Source: an uncultured Flavobacteriaceae bacterium (GTDB taxonomy: Bacteria; Bacteroidota; Bacteroidia; Flavobacteriales; Flavobacteriaceae). Taken from it: 64,000 bases of DNA. Positions 19,206 through 28,790 of the stretch are shown piece after piece. The stretch lies in assembly GCA_963977065.1 (NCBI GenBank), contig CAXBNF010000003.1, positions 71,401-135,400 of the forward strand. The letters run 5' to 3'. The notes below the pieces were generated by a model. That model saw only the letters and a program-made list of their open reading frames with translations. It made no database searches and was not told the origin of the DNA. Position 1 is the stretch's first letter. The number at the start of each line of letters is the position of its first letter. Position numbers and translations under genes: made by a program.

Positions 19206-20942
19206 ATGTTTTATAAAACCTCAAACTTTCTTACACTACTTTCATTTTGTTTGATTGCCACTTCGCTCTATGCCCAGGATCCCATTGGCACCGAAGTGAT
19301 TAATGTGGTGAAACCTTACACGCCCACTGTTTCAGATGCTTTTAAAATCAAAGAGACACCGGTGATGCAAGATTCTTTAAATGACACAAAAAAGGAGGTG
19401 CAATATGGGATATTTTCAGTGCCCGTAGCTTCTACTTTTACACCTGCTAAAGGACAGGCTACCACCGTTGAACGCAAAAGGCCTGAAAAAATATTCACCA
19501 ATTATGCCACCTTGGGCTTTGGGAATTACACTTCGGTTTTAGGCGAATTTTACAGCCGTTTTGAAGTGAATCGCGACGATGAGGTAGAATTGTTTTTTAA
19601 ACACAATTCTTCACAGGGAGGAATAAAAGAGGTGTTGCTCGATGATCATTTTTACAATACGGCACTAGACGTCAATTACAAAAGCAGTGGCCGATTTATG
19701 AGTTATAATCTGGGAGCCGGAATCATTCATCAGTTATACAACTGGTATGGACTCCCACCGGATTTTACAGCAGAAAATCAGGTGCAAATTGCTGACAAAG
19801 CCGGTGTGAACCATTCATTTTATGGAATTGCACTCAATGGAAACTTTAAAATGGAAGATTCGCCCTTTTCAGGAGGAGATGTTCTTTTGAGATATTTTGG
19901 TGACTCATACAGTTCTTCTGAAATTAATTTTATTGCAAAACCCGAGTTTCTCTTTGACCTTGGTGGTCAGGATGTGGGGATTAATGCCTCCGTGGATTAC
20001 CTTAACGGAAGCTTTGATAAAAGCTTTTTTGATCCTCAAATGGACATAAAATACAGTTACCTAAATACCGGAATCCATCCATTTATAAGGTTTCAAGATG
20101 ATGACTTTTCTGTAAACTTAGGAGCTCAGGTTGTGTTTGGAATGGATACAGAAAATAGTGAAAGCGATGTGTTTATTTACCCAAAAGTGGCTGCCTCATA
20201 CAAACTTGTGGACGAATTCCTTACCCTTTATGCCGGAGCCGATGGCGGATTGGATCAAAACTCCTATTACGATTTTTCGCAAGCAAACCCTTTTGTTTCG
20301 CCTACACTTTTTGTGGCACCCACAGACAGGCAATATGAAGGTTTTGCAGGGGTAAAAGGAAAATTTACAAACACAGTGAGCTACAATTTAAAGGGAAGTT
20401 ACACAAACGAAATCAACAAACCATTTTTTCTTTCCAACCCTTTAATAAATTCAATTCAAAATCCGGAGGGTTATGAATTTGGAAATTCTTTTGGAGTGGT
20501 ATATGATGAAGTAACCACCTTAGAAGTTTTTGGAGAATTGCAAGCTGAAGTAACTACAAACGTCACAGTGGGTATCAATGCAAGCTTTTTTAATTATTCC
20601 CTGGATGCACTTCCCGAGGCATTCAACTTACCCGAATTAAAAGCCACTGTTTTTGCCAATGCCGCTTTTACTGAAAAAATTTATGGAGGTTTGAGTCTGT
20701 TTTATGTGGGCGAGCGTAAAGACCAATTCAGTTTTGACCCCTTATTGCCCGTTCAACCTGTTACACAAACACTTGATGGATATGTGGATGTAAACCTTCA
20801 CGCCGGCTATCACATCAATCCACAACTCACTGTATTTTTAAAAGGAAGCAATCTGCTGAGTGACAATTATGAAAAATGGCTGAACACACCGGTACAAGGC
20901 ATACAAGTATTGGGTGGAGCGACTTATAAGTTTGATTGGTAA
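19206..20942 (+). CDS. Outer-membrane beta-barrel protein (plug-less, TonB-receptor-like barrel)
   Basis: Signal peptide ending LYAQD, alternating beta-strand pattern throughout, and a C-terminal aromatic end GGATYKFDW. Confidence 0.65.
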   Translation: MFYKTSNFLTLLSFCLIATSLYAQDPIGTEVINVVKPYTPTVSDAFKIKETPVMQDSLNDTKKEVQYGIFSVPVASTFTPAKGQATTVERKRPEKIFTNYATLGFGNYTSVLGEFYSRFEVNRDDEVELFFKHNSSQGGIKEVLLDDHFYNTALDVNYKSSGRFMSYNLGAGIIHQLYNWYGLPPDFTAENQVQIADKAGVNHSFYGIALNGNFKMEDSPFSGGDVLLRYFGDSYSSSEINFIAKPEFLFDLGGQDVGINASVDYLNGSFDKSFFDPQMDIKYSYLNTGIHPFIRFQDDDFSVNLGAQVVFGMDTENSESDVFIYPKVAASYKLVDEFLTLYAGADGGLDQNSYYDFSQANPFVSPTLFVAPTDRQYEGFAGVKGKFTNTVSYNLKGSYTNEINKPFFLSNPLINSIQNPEGYEFGNSFGVVYDEVTTLEVFGELQAEVTTNVTVGINASFFNYSLDALPEAFNLPELKATVFANAAFTEKIYGGLSLFYVGERKDQFSFDPLLPVQPVTQTLDGYVDVNLHAGYHINPQLTVFLKGSNLLSDNYEKWLNTPVQGIQVLGGATYKFDW

Positions 20943-20957
20943 TCAATCTCTCACATG

Positions 20958-20980
20958 GTCACTGAGCGCAGTCGAAGTGA
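20958..20980 (+). repeat. GC-rich box GTCACTGAGCGCAGTCGAAGTGA (copy 2)
   Basis: TCACT/AGTGA arms flank a GAGCGCAGTCGA loop, 16 nt after the OMP stop. Confidence 0.55.
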
Positions 20981-21184
20981 ATTTGGGGATTTCGTCCATC
21001 AAAAGCAAAAAAGTAAATTGATTTCAATTCAAAAAGTACAGAATGGGATATTTACCCGTGTGTTTTAGCACCCAGTAACCAGCAGCCCACCATTAACAAT
21101 TCCCCAGTTAACCATTTTCCTAAAACCATTTCACCAGTCTCTCTAAAATCCTTATTTTTACCTCCCAATTAATCCTTTAAAACA

Positions 21185-22810
21185 ATGAAACCTTTTCTTC
21201 TATTTATCTCAGTGCTTTTTTTAACTTCTTGTAGTGAAAAGCAAGTTGCAGACTTACTGGTTATAAATGCCAATATCTATACGGTAAACGATAGCTTTGA
21301 CAATGCCGAGGCTTTTGCAGTGCATAATGGTAAAATCATTGAAGTGGGGACTTCTTCCGCTTTAAGCGAAAAATACACGGCAACAGAAACCATCGACTTT
21401 GACGGTAAAACACTTCTTCCCGGGTTTATTGATGCACACGCACATTTTTATGGTTTGGGACTCAACCAGCGGGTTGTGAATCTTGTGGGTGCAGCAAGTG
21501 AAGAAGAAATGATTGAAAGGGTTGTGGATTTTCAGGAAGAAAAGCAAGTTGATTTTATTGAAGGTCGCGGCTGGAATCAAAATCTTTGGGAAGTAAAGGA
21601 ATTTCCAACAAAAGATAAGTTGGATGAATTGTTTCCAGACACACCGGTGGCTCTTACTCGCATCGATGGTCATGCCTACCTGGTCAATCAAAAAGCACTA
21701 GACCTTGCAAATATTACCACTGAAACAAAAATTGATGGAGGACTCGTCGAAGTAAAGGATGGAAAATTAACCGGAATTTTGATAGATACCGCTATGGGAC
21801 TTGTCAATGCCATTAAGCCAGAAATAAGCGAGAGTGACAAAAGGCAGGCCCTGAAAGACGCTCAGGAAATTTGCTTCTCTTATGGGTTAACAACAATCAA
21901 TGATGCTGGTTTGGATAGAGAAGTGATTGAATTGATAGATAAAATGCATAAAAATGACCAACTGAAAATGCGCATTTATGCAATGGTTTCAAACAGTCCC
22001 GATAATTTAGATTACTACCTCAATAAGGGAATTATTAAAACTGACAAACTTAACGTACGTTCAGTAAAAGTTTATGGAGATGGTGCTCTAGGTTCACGTG
22101 GGGCGGCATTAAAACAACCTTACTCAGACGATCCTCACAATCACGGTTTGTTTTTGACGCCTGTAAGCGAAATTGCAAATCTCGCTAAGAGAATTGCAGC
22201 TTCAGACTATCAAATGAATACGCATGCCATTGGAGATTCTGCAAACCTTGTTGTACTGAAAGCTTATACTGAAGCTTTGGAAACTCAAAATGACAGTCGC
22301 TGGAAAATTGAACACGCCCAAGTAGTGGATGTTACCGATTTTAATTATTTTAAAAACGGAATTATTCCATCGGTACAACCCACTCACGCCACCAGTGATA
22401 TGTATTGGGCAGAAGATCGGGTTGGCGCAGATAGAATGAAAGGTGCCTATGCTTATAAAACATTACTTGACAAAGCCGGAATAGTGGCACTAGGAACCGA
22501 TTTTCCGGTGGAGCACGTAAGCCCTTTTTATACCTTCTATGCGGCTGTTGCTCGAAAGGATTTAAAACAATATCCTGAACACGGTTTTCAAAAAATTGAG
22601 GCTCTATCAAGAGAAGAAACCCTCAAAGGGATGACCATCTGGGCAGCTTATTCCAACTTTGAAGACCATGAAAAAGGAAGTATCGAAGTGGGAAAATTTG
22701 CCGATTTTATTGTGTTAGATAAAGACATTATGACCTGTGATGAAGATACTATTCCAAACATCAAAGTAGAAGCGACTTTTGTAGGAGGTAAAAAGGTTTA
22801 TAGCAAATAA
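21185..22810 (+). CDS. Amidohydrolase-family metal-dependent hydrolase (lipoprotein)
   Basis: Lipobox LFLTSC, metal-binding HxH in GFIDAHAHFYGLG, and a C-terminal GTDFPVE region. Confidence 0.8.
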   Translation: MKPFLLFISVLFLTSCSEKQVADLLVINANIYTVNDSFDNAEAFAVHNGKIIEVGTSSALSEKYTATETIDFDGKTLLPGFIDAHAHFYGLGLNQRVVNLVGAASEEEMIERVVDFQEEKQVDFIEGRGWNQNLWEVKEFPTKDKLDELFPDTPVALTRIDGHAYLVNQKALDLANITTETKIDGGLVEVKDGKLTGILIDTAMGLVNAIKPEISESDKRQALKDAQEICFSYGLTTINDAGLDREVIELIDKMHKNDQLKMRIYAMVSNSPDNLDYYLNKGIIKTDKLNVRSVKVYGDGALGSRGAALKQPYSDDPHNHGLFLTPVSEIANLAKRIAASDYQMNTHAIGDSANLVVLKAYTEALETQNDSRWKIEHAQVVDVTDFNYFKNGIIPSVQPTHATSDMYWAEDRVGADRMKGAYAYKTLLDKAGIVALGTDFPVEHVSPFYTFYAAVARKDLKQYPEHGFQKIEALSREETLKGMTIWAAYSNFEDHEKGSIEVGKFADFIVLDKDIMTCDEDTIPNIKVEATFVGGKKVYSK

Positions 22811-22817
22811 GTATACC

Positions 22818-23612
22818 TTATTTTCCTCCTTTTGCCTGAAGATCCTCAATACATAATGGGTCTAAGTTGCTATCCAAGTTTTTCCTTAAAAGTGCTGATG
22901 TGATTGCGGCTCTTCCACCTGAAGTTTCAAAATACATCAAACAATCTTCTACCATACAGTGTTTGCTGTTTTGTGTGTCTTCATGTTCCTGATGTATATC
23001 ATCTAATTGGAGGTTGACCAATCCTAGTAAGTGACCAAACTCATGGTTTAATGTGGTTCTTTCAGCAATTGGAATATTGATTCCGTTTGAAATAGCAATG
23101 TCTCTGATGGTTTTTTTGTATATCACAATAGAGGTGTTTCGGTAAGCAGAACCTAGTGTAACTCGGTTGGGAGTATCGTTGCTTGAACTTTTATTTGAGA
23201 AAAAGATATAAACTGCCAGATTGTTTCCATCGTTATAATTAATTCTGTGTTCCTCCTCAATACTTATTATCTTATTGATATTGAAAGAGGTGCCTTCAGG
23301 AGTGGGAATCACATTTTGTACTATAGAAATTTCGGCCGGTTTGTGGAGCCGCTCTTCCAGAAAGTGAACTAAATTATCAATAGTGCCTGTTTCAGGCTGA
23401 AAGCCTTCAGGATAGACAAATTCAAGAGTAAGACTTGAAAAATCAGTATCTCTTAAAAAATCTTCAGCAGAAGACCCTGTGGCTTGTTTGTTTGCTAACT
23501 TTGGGTCTTCAGGAGGATTATTATCCTCCTTTTTACATGCAGTTAGTAAAAAAAATGCAATAAAACTAAATAATATTCGTGAGTAACTGATTTTAAAAAT
23601 GGGGTTTGTCAT
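22818..23612 (-). CDS. Zinc metalloprotease-like lipoprotein (archaemetzincin/M54-like motif)
   Basis: ATG 23612 gives MTNPIFK...FFLLTAC, a lipoprotein signal (the track start at 23714 would overlap the upstream gene). HEFGHLLGL followed by HCMVEDCLMY (C-x4-C-x-M). Confidence 0.6.
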   Translation of the reverse strand: MTNPIFKISYSRILFSFIAFFLLTACKKEDNNPPEDPKLANKQATGSSAEDFLRDTDFSSLTLEFVYPEGFQPETGTIDNLVHFLEERLHKPAEISIVQNVIPTPEGTSFNINKIISIEEEHRINYNDGNNLAVYIFFSNKSSSNDTPNRVTLGSAYRNTSIVIYKKTIRDIAISNGINIPIAERTTLNHEFGHLLGLVNLQLDDIHQEHEDTQNSKHCMVEDCLMYFETSGGRAAITSALLRKNLDSNLDPLCIEDLQAKGGK

Positions 23613-23658
23613 AAAGAAACTTTTATTTGGAATACAACTCAATTTATCTACGATTATT

Positions 23659-24363
23659 TTACAGTGAGAGTTTTGCAAGATAATCATAATGGACGCCTTC
23701 TGCAATTTGGTCACAATTTAAACCCGCCTCTATGGCAAGTTTTTTAAGTCTATCAAAATCGAGATACAACCACTCAAATACGTCTGACACTTCCCCTTTA
23801 TAAGTCATTCTAAAGGTGAGCTCACCATAGTATTCCCTTTCGGTGGAAACCCAAACACCACCATCGTCATCAACGTCAAACATATAAATGAGATCACTTG
23901 AATCGATTAAAATTTGTCCGTCCGGATTGAGAAGGGTCTTTAGATGATTTAAATACTGAGTGGCCTTTTCTAGGTTTTGAAATATTCCGGTACCGTTCAT
24001 CAAAAGTAGAATGGTGTCAAATTTTTCTGTTACATCTAGGATATTTTGTATTTTCACTTGATTCAAACCTCTTTTTTTACATACTTCAATTGCTCCTGGA
24101 GACACATCAATTCCTTTAACATCAAGTCCACGTTTTTGTATGTAAAGCGAATGACTACCTGCGCCGCAGCCCACATCAAGAACTTTTCCCTTGGCAAGGT
24201 CTAGTGCTTTCTGCTCTATAAGGGGCATTTCCTCAAAATCTCTGAAAAAATAGGGTAGAGGTAACACGTCCTCTTCTGAAATGTTGGTTTCAGTAAGGAT
24301 ATCTTCAGTATATCTATTATGAAAATAATCTAGTAAGGCTTTACCTAAAATGTCTTTTTGCAT
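23659..24363 (-). CDS. Class I SAM-dependent methyltransferase
   Basis: Motif I VLDVGCGAGSHSLY and post-I LLLMNG. Confidence 0.85.
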   Translation of the reverse strand: MQKDILGKALLDYFHNRYTEDILTETNISEEDVLPLPYFFRDFEEMPLIEQKALDLAKGKVLDVGCGAGSHSLYIQKRGLDVKGIDVSPGAIEVCKKRGLNQVKIQNILDVTEKFDTILLLMNGTGIFQNLEKATQYLNHLKTLLNPDGQILIDSSDLIYMFDVDDDGGVWVSTEREYYGELTFRMTYKGEVSDVFEWLYLDFDRLKKLAIEAGLNCDQIAEGVHYDYLAKLSL

Positions 24364-24421
24364 AGGTCAAATTTACTGTTTTTAAGAATTTGATAAATAG
24401 GTTTTTTATCTACTTTCCAGC

Positions 24422-24459
24422 AAAAAAAAAGCAGTCCATTATAAAAAGGACTGCTTTTT
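24422..24459 (-). terminator. Rho-independent terminator of the S9 peptidase gene
   Basis: GCAGTCC-10 nt-GGACTGC, flanked by A9 and T5. On the minus strand a 9-nt U-run follows. Confidence 0.8.
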
Positions 24460-24475
24460 CGAACTAAAAAATAAA

Positions 24476-27109
24476 TTATTGTTTAACCGTAGTGATTTTT
24501 GCATTACCCATCGCGGGGGCAATTTGCACTATTTTTTCAGTTTGTTGTGATTTTTTGTTGACCCAAAGTGTTGTTTTGTCATTTGGATTATCAATAGCTT
24601 TAATTTCAACAATATAGCATTCAGAATCATTGAGCAATTCAGAGCCTGTTACTTCAAGCTTCATTGCTTTTGCTTTGGCGGTCATCAAGTCAGGCATTTC
24701 AAATCCAAATTGATAGCCTTCTTTTAACGGAAGTGCTGAGATAACAATATCCATAGCTGCTCCATCCACAATATAAGCTCCTTTAAATGGAATTTCCATG
24801 GCATTGCCTTGGATTTCCATCGAAGCTTTTTTGTCTGAAAATGTCATAGGTATGGTCATTCCCATTTGGTTGATCGTTCTGCTCAAAGGCTTCAGGTCTC
24901 CCGAAAGCACAACTAGGTCTTTAGTCTCTCCCATCATCGAGGTAGAAACCTCATTTACACTCCAGTTGGCACCATCTTTTGTAATGGTACGCACTTTAGA
25001 TGCCTCGATATTTTGACCTTGCACTTCAACATTCATTTTATAATTTTGAGTTCCCACCTGCAAGTTATTTTTTAAAACGGGGAGTTCATTTGATATTACA
25101 ATTTCTTCTGCTTCTTCATAGGTTACACTATTGATATCAACACGCATTTCTTCAAGTCTTTTTGATATTTCTTCTGGCATTTCTTCCTGATAACGACCTC
25201 CAAGAATAGGTGCTAAAAAGCGTTCGATTTCTGCATACATTGCCATATTGTTAACTGGCTTTGCAAACCCATGGCCTTCGTCATCAGCTAGTATGTAACT
25301 CACTTGTTTACCACGGTCCCTAAGGGCAATCACAATTTGGTCTGCTTCTGCTTGTTTCACCCTGGGGTCGTTTGCACCCTGAATGATTAACAAGGGACGA
25401 TCAATCTTATCAGCTTTAAATAATGGACTTGCTTCTTTAATTAGTTTTTGGCCTTCTTCAGTGTTAGGGTCACCCACCATACCATACAAAAAGGCTCTCC
25501 CGGCTTCCCAATAGGCAGGGACAGACTCCAGAAGTGTGAAAATATTACTTGGACCTACAATATCTACACCAGCAGCATACACATCTGGAGTGAACGCCAA
25601 ACCGGCAAGGGTGGCATAACCTCCATAGCTCCCTCCCATAATAGCCACTTTGTCTTTGTGTGCTATGCCTTCATTAATTAAGTGTTTAACCCCCCAGGTG
25701 ATATCGTCTTGCATTAATTTTCCCCATTGCAAATCACCGGCATTGAGAAACTCCTTTCCATAACCACCACTGGCTCTAAAATTGGGCTGTAAAACAGCAT
25801 AACCTCTATTTGCTAAAAACTGAACGGTAGAACTATAGCCCCAAAAGTCTCTGGGACCTTTTGGACCTCCGTGCACCAATACAACTACCGGTAGATTTTT
25901 TGCTTCTTTTCCTGCCGGTACCGTTAAGTATGCCGGTATGGTAAGACCATCACTACTTGGGTAACTTATAGGAGTCATTGGAGCAAGATATTGCTCCACA
26001 TCTTTTAGTTTGGGTCTGGGTGTGTATTGATGGATGAGCTCTCTTGTTTCAGAATCAAAGAAATAAGAGTCTGAAGCATATTTATCACCCCATACATTAA
26101 TTAGGAATTTTTTCTCATCATTAGTAGCACTTTGAATACTCACTTCTCTTCCTGGAAACTGCTCAAGAAGGAAGTTGAAATCTGCTTCTCTTTCTTTGTT
26201 TTTAAAATATCTACGCGTTTTATCGTCTGTATAACTGGTAGATATGATTTCCCGAGTCAATTGGCTTACTGACAAGCCTCCAAAATCAACACGGTTTTCA
26301 GGATCACTTTCTATTTTTGTTTTCTTTTTTGTTTTTGGATCCATCAAGAAAAGAGTGCTTAGGTTTAAGTCACCTGTATTGGAAACAAGGTAAAACTCTT
26401 TATTGTCTGGTGTCCAACTTGCAATATAAGCTTGCTCTGTTACGGTTGTTTCATAAATAGGTGTGAGTTTGTCACCATCTCTATAAAGCATAACAGTATT
26501 TCCTTTTTCGTCTGTTCTTGAAACAACTCTTAGTTTCTCATCCCAGTCAAAATTATAACCGGTAATACGATCGTTGTTTTCTTGTATTAATGTGAGTCTT
26601 CCGGTACTAATTTCTAATTGATAGAGATCGTGCCAAGCCTTGTCACGGTCGTTTAGACCAATCATTAAGATGTCTGGATTGTTTCTGCTTACCATATTGA
26701 TGCGCGCTTGCACGTTCTTTAATGGAGTCAAGTTTCTGGATTCAGGAAAGGATTCTTTACCTGCATCTTTAGGGTTTACAGCAAAAATATTGATATTTTC
26801 ATCACCATCTTCATCCTTAGCATAAAGTATGTATTTACTATCGTAAGTCCAAAAATAGCCATACAATGGTCTTTTACTGTTGGTAAGAGGCTTAGCGTTT
26901 TCAAAAGGCTCATCAAAACCTTTTACCCAAACATTCATAATTCCGTCATATTCTTTCATAAAGGAAATAAAATTTCCATCAGGACTTAATTGTCCCGAAG
27001 AAATTTCAGGGTTTCCAAAAAATACTTCGCGGTCTATAATAGGGGATTGCCCATAACTAAGCAAAGTAAAGCAAAATGTAATACACATGAACAGAAGTTT
27101 AGTTTTCAT
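24476..27109 (-). CDS. S9 family serine peptidase (prolyl oligopeptidase/DPP type) with a ~240-aa C-terminal extension
   Basis: Signal peptide, beta-propeller N-terminal half, nucleophile elbow [17 protein letters not shown], and DDEGHGF. Confidence 0.9.
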   Translation of the reverse strand: MKTKLLFMCITFCFTLLSYGQSPIIDREVFFGNPEISSGQLSPDGNFISFMKEYDGIMNVWVKGFDEPFENAKPLTNSKRPLYGYFWTYDSKYILYAKDEDGDENINIFAVNPKDAGKESFPESRNLTPLKNVQARINMVSRNNPDILMIGLNDRDKAWHDLYQLEISTGRLTLIQENNDRITGYNFDWDEKLRVVSRTDEKGNTVMLYRDGDKLTPIYETTVTEQAYIASWTPDNKEFYLVSNTGDLNLSTLFLMDPKTKKKTKIESDPENRVDFGGLSVSQLTREIISTSYTDDKTRRYFKNKEREADFNFLLEQFPGREVSIQSATNDEKKFLINVWGDKYASDSYFFDSETRELIHQYTPRPKLKDVEQYLAPMTPISYPSSDGLTIPAYLTVPAGKEAKNLPVVVLVHGGPKGPRDFWGYSSTVQFLANRGYAVLQPNFRASGGYGKEFLNAGDLQWGKLMQDDITWGVKHLINEGIAHKDKVAIMGGSYGGYATLAGLAFTPDVYAAGVDIVGPSNIFTLLESVPAYWEAGRAFLYGMVGDPNTEEGQKLIKEASPLFKADKIDRPLLIIQGANDPRVKQAEADQIVIALRDRGKQVSYILADDEGHGFAKPVNNMAMYAEIERFLAPILGGRYQEEMPEEISKRLEEMRVDINSVTYEEAEEIVISNELPVLKNNLQVGTQNYKMNVEVQGQNIEASKVRTITKDGANWSVNEVSTSMMGETKDLVVLSGDLKPLSRTINQMGMTIPMTFSDKKASMEIQGNAMEIPFKGAYIVDGAAMDIVISALPLKEGYQFGFEMPDLMTAKAKAMKLEVTGSELLNDSECYIVEIKAIDNPNDKTTLWVNKKSQQTEKIVQIAPAMGNAKITTVKQ

Positions 27110-27214
27110 AATCTTATTAGTTTTTTTAATAACCAGTTAGTCAATTTAGAGTTAAATTTGTTACACTTTTTTGATTGAAATTAAAAGTCAATCGAATTTA
27201 TAAAATTTAATACT

Positions 27215-27222
27215 TATGTTTG
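27215..27222 (+). promoter_or_regulatory. Candidate -7 promoter box TATGTTTG
   Basis: Matches TAnnTTTG, 27 nt upstream of ATG 27250. Confidence 0.4.
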
Positions 27223-27249
27223 ATTTAAAACTTGCAAAATTTCTTTAAA

Positions 27250-27750
27250 ATGGAAGAAATCCTGAAACAACTCCCCTCGCGAGCAAAAGATAAGAATAGC
27301 GAGCATAAAAAGTTTTTTACCAAGCTAAAAAAAAAGCCACCCAAAAATCTGGATTTGGTTATGCAACAATTGCATGATCAGGAGTTTAGCCAAACAGATT
27401 GTTTGTCCTGTGCCAATTGCTGTAAGACAACCGGACCCTTGTTTACCGATAAAGATATTGAGCGCATTTCCAAACATTTTAAAATGAAACCGCAGCAGTT
27501 TATAGATGCTTTTCTACGTGTCGATGAAGACAAAGATTATGTGTTGCAAAGTGTGCCGTGTACTTTTTTGGGGACCGACAATTACTGCTCCATATATGAA
27601 GTAAGACCCAAAGCCTGCCGAGAATTTCCTCACACTAATCGAAAAAAATTCCATCAAATTTCAAACCTAACATTAAAAAATGTGGCCATTTGCCCGGCAG
27701 CGTTTAATATAGTGGAGAGGATGGCGGGTGTTTTAGAAAATAGTAAATAG
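27250..27750 (+). CDS. YkgJ-family cysteine-cluster protein (UPF0153)
   Basis: ATG 27250 (track start is TTG 27232). CLSCANCCKTTGP...CTFL...NYCSIYEVRPKACREFP. Confidence 0.7.
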   Translation: MEEILKQLPSRAKDKNSEHKKFFTKLKKKPPKNLDLVMQQLHDQEFSQTDCLSCANCCKTTGPLFTDKDIERISKHFKMKPQQFIDAFLRVDEDKDYVLQSVPCTFLGTDNYCSIYEVRPKACREFPHTNRKKFHQISNLTLKNVAICPAAFNIVERMAGVLENSK

Positions 27751-27785
27751 AATAAAGAAAAGAGACTGTTTTTCCATATTTGGAA

Positions 27786-27802
27786 CCTGCCCTTCCGGCA
27801 GG
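27786..27802. terminator. GC-rich hairpin between convergent genes (putative bidirectional terminator)
   Basis: CCTGCC-cttcc-GGCAGG. Weak T-rich flank. Confidence 0.45.
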
Positions 27803-27822
27803 CGGGTTTGGTATTTGGAATT

Positions 27823-28182
27823 TTATTCCAGCGTAGTAGCAATATAAAGCAACTCAAAAAGAATTGCCCAGTTTTTTATAAAGTGCATGGCTTCCAGCAT
27901 AACGACCTCCCTTTTTTTGACTGTCCAGAATTTGTGTAACATAAACGACGCCACTGCTAGAAAAACACACAATGCGATAATACCTTCTATTATAAAGTAA
28001 CCGCTGATAAGAGTTAGACCTCCGACTACTAATAAAATACCACTTAAAATCACCATTAATTTAGGTGCAATTAACGATCTATTAGCAGCATATTCTTTCA
28101 AAATATGAGTGTTATAAAAATGGTTAACTCCATTTAGAAGAAAAAACAAGCCTAGAAGAATGAGTAGTATTTGCTTGATCAC
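27823..28182 (-). CDS. Small 4-TM membrane protein, DoxX-like
   Basis: 119 aa with a GTG start. Hydrophobic pattern and LNGVNHF resemble the DoxX family. Confidence 0.45.
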   Translation of the reverse strand: MIKQILLILLGLFFLLNGVNHFYNTHILKEYAANRSLIAPKLMVILSGILLVVGGLTLISGYFIIEGIIALCVFLAVASFMLHKFWTVKKREVVMLEAMHFIKNWAILFELLYIATTLE

Positions 28183-28254
28183 TCTTTATAAAATTAAAGG
28201 ATTAAAAACTCTTTTTCCTTGAAGTCTTTGTTTCTGGAAAATACTGTAAATCGA

Positions 28255-28533
28255 CTAAATCACATCTCTTATTTCAGCAATTTTATCAAACATCGCTTTT
28301 GCAAAAGGACACAGCGGAATAATTTTTAAATTGTTTTCACGAGCATAATCCACAGCTGCAAACACCATTTTTTTTCCAACTCCCTGTCTATTGAATTCAG
28401 AATTTACTTCTGTGTGGTCAATAATGAACCTCTCTTTGCCCGCCCAAGAATAGGTCATTCTGCCGGCTTCATTCTCGCCTGAAACGGCTTTAAAAAAACC
28501 TTTGGTTTCTCTATTGATATGTTGAATTTCCAT
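28255..28533 (-). CDS. Small GNAT-fold N-acetyltransferase (YjdJ-like)
   Basis: 92 aa with RQGVGKKMVFAAVDYARENNLKIIPLCPF, the acetyl-CoA-binding core. Confidence 0.65.
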   Translation of the reverse strand: MEIQHINRETKGFFKAVSGENEAGRMTYSWAGKERFIIDHTEVNSEFNRQGVGKKMVFAAVDYARENNLKIIPLCPFAKAMFDKIAEIRDVI

Positions 28534-28537
28534 AGAC

Positions 28538-28753
28538 TTATTGATTTATTTTAAAGCTCAACGCTCCCGAAGGACATTTGCTAACTTGATTCATTAGCTC
28601 CTCTGAAGTGGCGTTTTCAATTTTGATCCATGGTCTTTCCTTGGGGTTGTAAACCTGAGGCAATGTTTTCACACATAAACCGGCATGGGTGCAAAGTGCA
28701 GGTTTCCAGAATATGGTGATTTCACCGTTTGAGTATTCATTGACTTTTTCCAT
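28538..28753 (-). CDS. Small Cys-containing (divergent 4Fe-4S-like) protein
   Basis: 71 aa with ITIFWKPALCTHAGLCVK...VSKCPSGALSF. Lies 4 nt upstream of the GNAT gene. Confidence 0.5.
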   Translation of the reverse strand: MEKVNEYSNGEITIFWKPALCTHAGLCVKTLPQVYNPKERPWIKIENATSEELMNQVSKCPSGALSFKINQ

Positions 28754-28790
28754 ATTAGTAAAGATTATTTATAAATAAATTAGCTTTAAA

